A stretch of DNA of 64,000 bases from Phaeosaccion multiseriatum (Eukaryota > Protista > Ochrophyta, other classes), in NCBI GenBank assembly GCA_965112735.1, contig OZ218956.1, positions 806,001-870,000 on the forward strand, in the 5' to 3' direction. The notes below the pieces were generated by a model. It did no database searches. It worked only from the letters and a program-made list of their open reading frames with translations, and had not been told where the DNA came from. Of this stretch, positions 61,874-64,000 are shown in pieces. Every line of letters starts with the position of its first letter. Positions within the stretch are counted from its first letter, which is position 1. Position numbers and translations under genes: made by a program.

Positions 61874-64000
61874 CAATAAAGCCCAAAGCCCGCATTTGTG
61901 GGGCACACACAGCCCGACCGACGCGTTTGCTGGCCACAACATGCCCACTCCGGGCGTTGGCTCAGCACAACAGGCCCAACTGAGATACTACATTGCCACA
62001 ACAGCGCCAAGTGGGGCCTTGGATGGGCTCAAATGGCCCAATCTGGCTCTGTGCTGGGATCAAGAAAGCCCAAAGCCCGCATTTGTGGGGCACACACAGC
62101 CCGAACGACGCGTTTGCTGGCCACAACATGCCCACTCCGGGCATTGGCTCAGCACAACAGGCCTAACTGAGATACTACATTGCCACAACAGCGCCAAGTG
62201 GGGCCTTGGATGGGCTCAAATGGCCCAATCTGGCTCTGTGCTGGGATCAAAAAAGCCCAAAGCCCGAACAACGCGTTTGCTGGCCACAACATGCCCACTC
62301 CGGGCATTGGCTCAGCACAACAGGCCGAACTAAGATACTACATTGCCACAACAGCGCCAAGTGGGGCCTTGGATGGGCTCAAATGGCCCAATCTGGCTCT
62401 GTGCTGGGATCAAAAAAGCCCAAAGCCCGCATTTGTGGGGCACACAAAGCCCGACCGACGCGTTTGCTGGCCACAACATGCCCACTCCGGGCGTTGGCTC
62501 AGCACAACAGGCCCAACTGAGATACTACATTGCCACAACAGCGCCAAGTGGGGCCTTGGATGGACTCAAATGGCCCAATCTGGCTCTGTGCTGGGATCAA
62601 TAAAGCCCAAAGCCCGAACAACGCGTTTGCTGGCCACAACATGCCCACTCCGGGCATTGGCTCAGCACAACAGGCCCAACTGGGATACTACATTGCCACA
62701 ACAGCGCCAAGTGGGGCCTTGGATGGGCTCAAATGGCCCAATCTGGCTCTGTGCTGGGATCAAAAAAGCCCAAAGTCCGCATTTGTGGGGCACACACAGC
62801 CCGACCGACGCGTTTGCTGGCCACAACATGCCCACTCCGGGCGTTGGCTTAGCACAACAGGCCGAACTGAGATACTACATTGCCACAACAGCGCCAAGTG
62901 GGGCCTTGGATGGGCTCAAATGGCCCAATCTGGCTCTGTGCTGGGATCAATAAAGCCCAAAGTCCGCATTTGTGGGGCACACACAGCCCGACCGACGCGT
63001 TTGCTGGCCACAACATGCCCACTCCGGGCATTGGCTCAGCACAACAGGCCGAACTGAGATACTACGTTGCCACAACAGCGCCAAGTGGGGCCTTGGATGG
63101 GCTCAAATGGCCCAATCTGGCTCTGTGCTGGGATCAAGAAAGCCCAAAGCCCGCATTTGTGGGGCACACACAGCCCGAACGACGCGTTTGCTGGCCACAA
63201 CATGCCGACGCCGGGCATTGGCTCAGCACAACAGGCCTAACTGAGATACTACATTGCCACAACAGCGCCAAGTGGGGCCTTGGATGGGCTCAAATGGCCC
63301 AATCTGGCTCTGTGCTGGGATCAAAAAAGCCCAAAGCCCGAACAACGCGTTTGCTGGCCACAACATGCCCACTCCGGGCATTGGCTCAGCACAACAGGCC
63401 GAACTAAAATACTACATTGCCACAACAGCGCCAAGTGGGGCATTGGATGGGCTCAAATGGCCCAATCTGGCTCTGTGCTGGGATCAATAAAGCCCAAAGC
63501 CCGCATTTGTGGGGCACACAAAGCCCGACCGACGCGTTTGCTGGCCACAACATGCCCACTCCGGGCGTTGGCTCAGCACAACAGGCCCAACTGAGATACT
63601 ACATTGCCACAACAGCGCCAAGTGGGGCCTTGGATGGGCTCAAATGGCCCAATCTGGCTCTGTGCTGGGATCAAGAAAGCCCAAAGTCCGCATTTGTGGG
63701 GCACACACAGCCCGACCGACGCGTTTGCTGGCCACAACATGCCCACTCCGGGCATTGGCTTAGCACAACAGGCCGAACTGAGATACTACATTGCCACAAC
63801 AGCGCCAAGTGGGGCCTTGGATGGGCTCAAATGGCCCAATCTGGCTCTGTGCTGGGATCAATAAAGCCCAAAGCCCGCATTTGTGGGGCACACACAGCCC
63901 GACCGACGCGTTTGCTGGCCACAACATGCCCACTCCGGGCGTTGGCTCAGCACAACAGGCCCAACTGAGATACTACATTGCCACAACAGCGCCAAGTGGG
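61874..64000. repeat. Satellite array continuing beyond the window
   Basis: Same monomers, resuming in register with 55716. Confidence 0.98.

Overview
Eukaryotic genomic DNA, GC-rich with short GT-AG introns. The window crosses a sharp boundary between a gene and a satellite array. Bases 1-9852 hold the 3' part of a large multi-exon, coiled-coil protein gene ending in a CHORD/Btk-like Cys/His zinc-binding motif. From ~9.9 kb onward the window is a 187/163-bp tandem satellite with higher-order repeats, possibly centromeric or pericentromeric. It is repeatedly invaded by tyrosine-recombinase (YR) retrotransposons of the DIRS order with Ngaro/PAT-type split direct repeats (A1..B1-A2-B2). These comprise one near-complete autonomous copy (gag-like, RT/RNase H, YR; 13161-19782), two related non-autonomous families (20066-25763, and a tandem dimer at 55717-61873), solo A-B remnants amplified inside a 3.08-kb satellite higher-order repeat, and old degenerate copies at the array edge. 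Main observations: (i) independent YR elements are integrated without target duplication at almost the same position of the satellite monomer (GCTGGGATC^AAAAAAGCC); (ii) the autonomous element appears to make three proteins from one ATG, via an in-frame UGA followed by a stem-loop between gag and RT and a perfectly phased 3.1-kb intron fusing the gag N-terminus to YR; (iii) the B repeats of both families share a conserved multi-hairpin structure; (iv) a 615-bp nested-palindrome TGT..ACA MITE with a 4-bp TSD disrupts the recombinase. All calls come from reading the sequence by eye; no searches were run.
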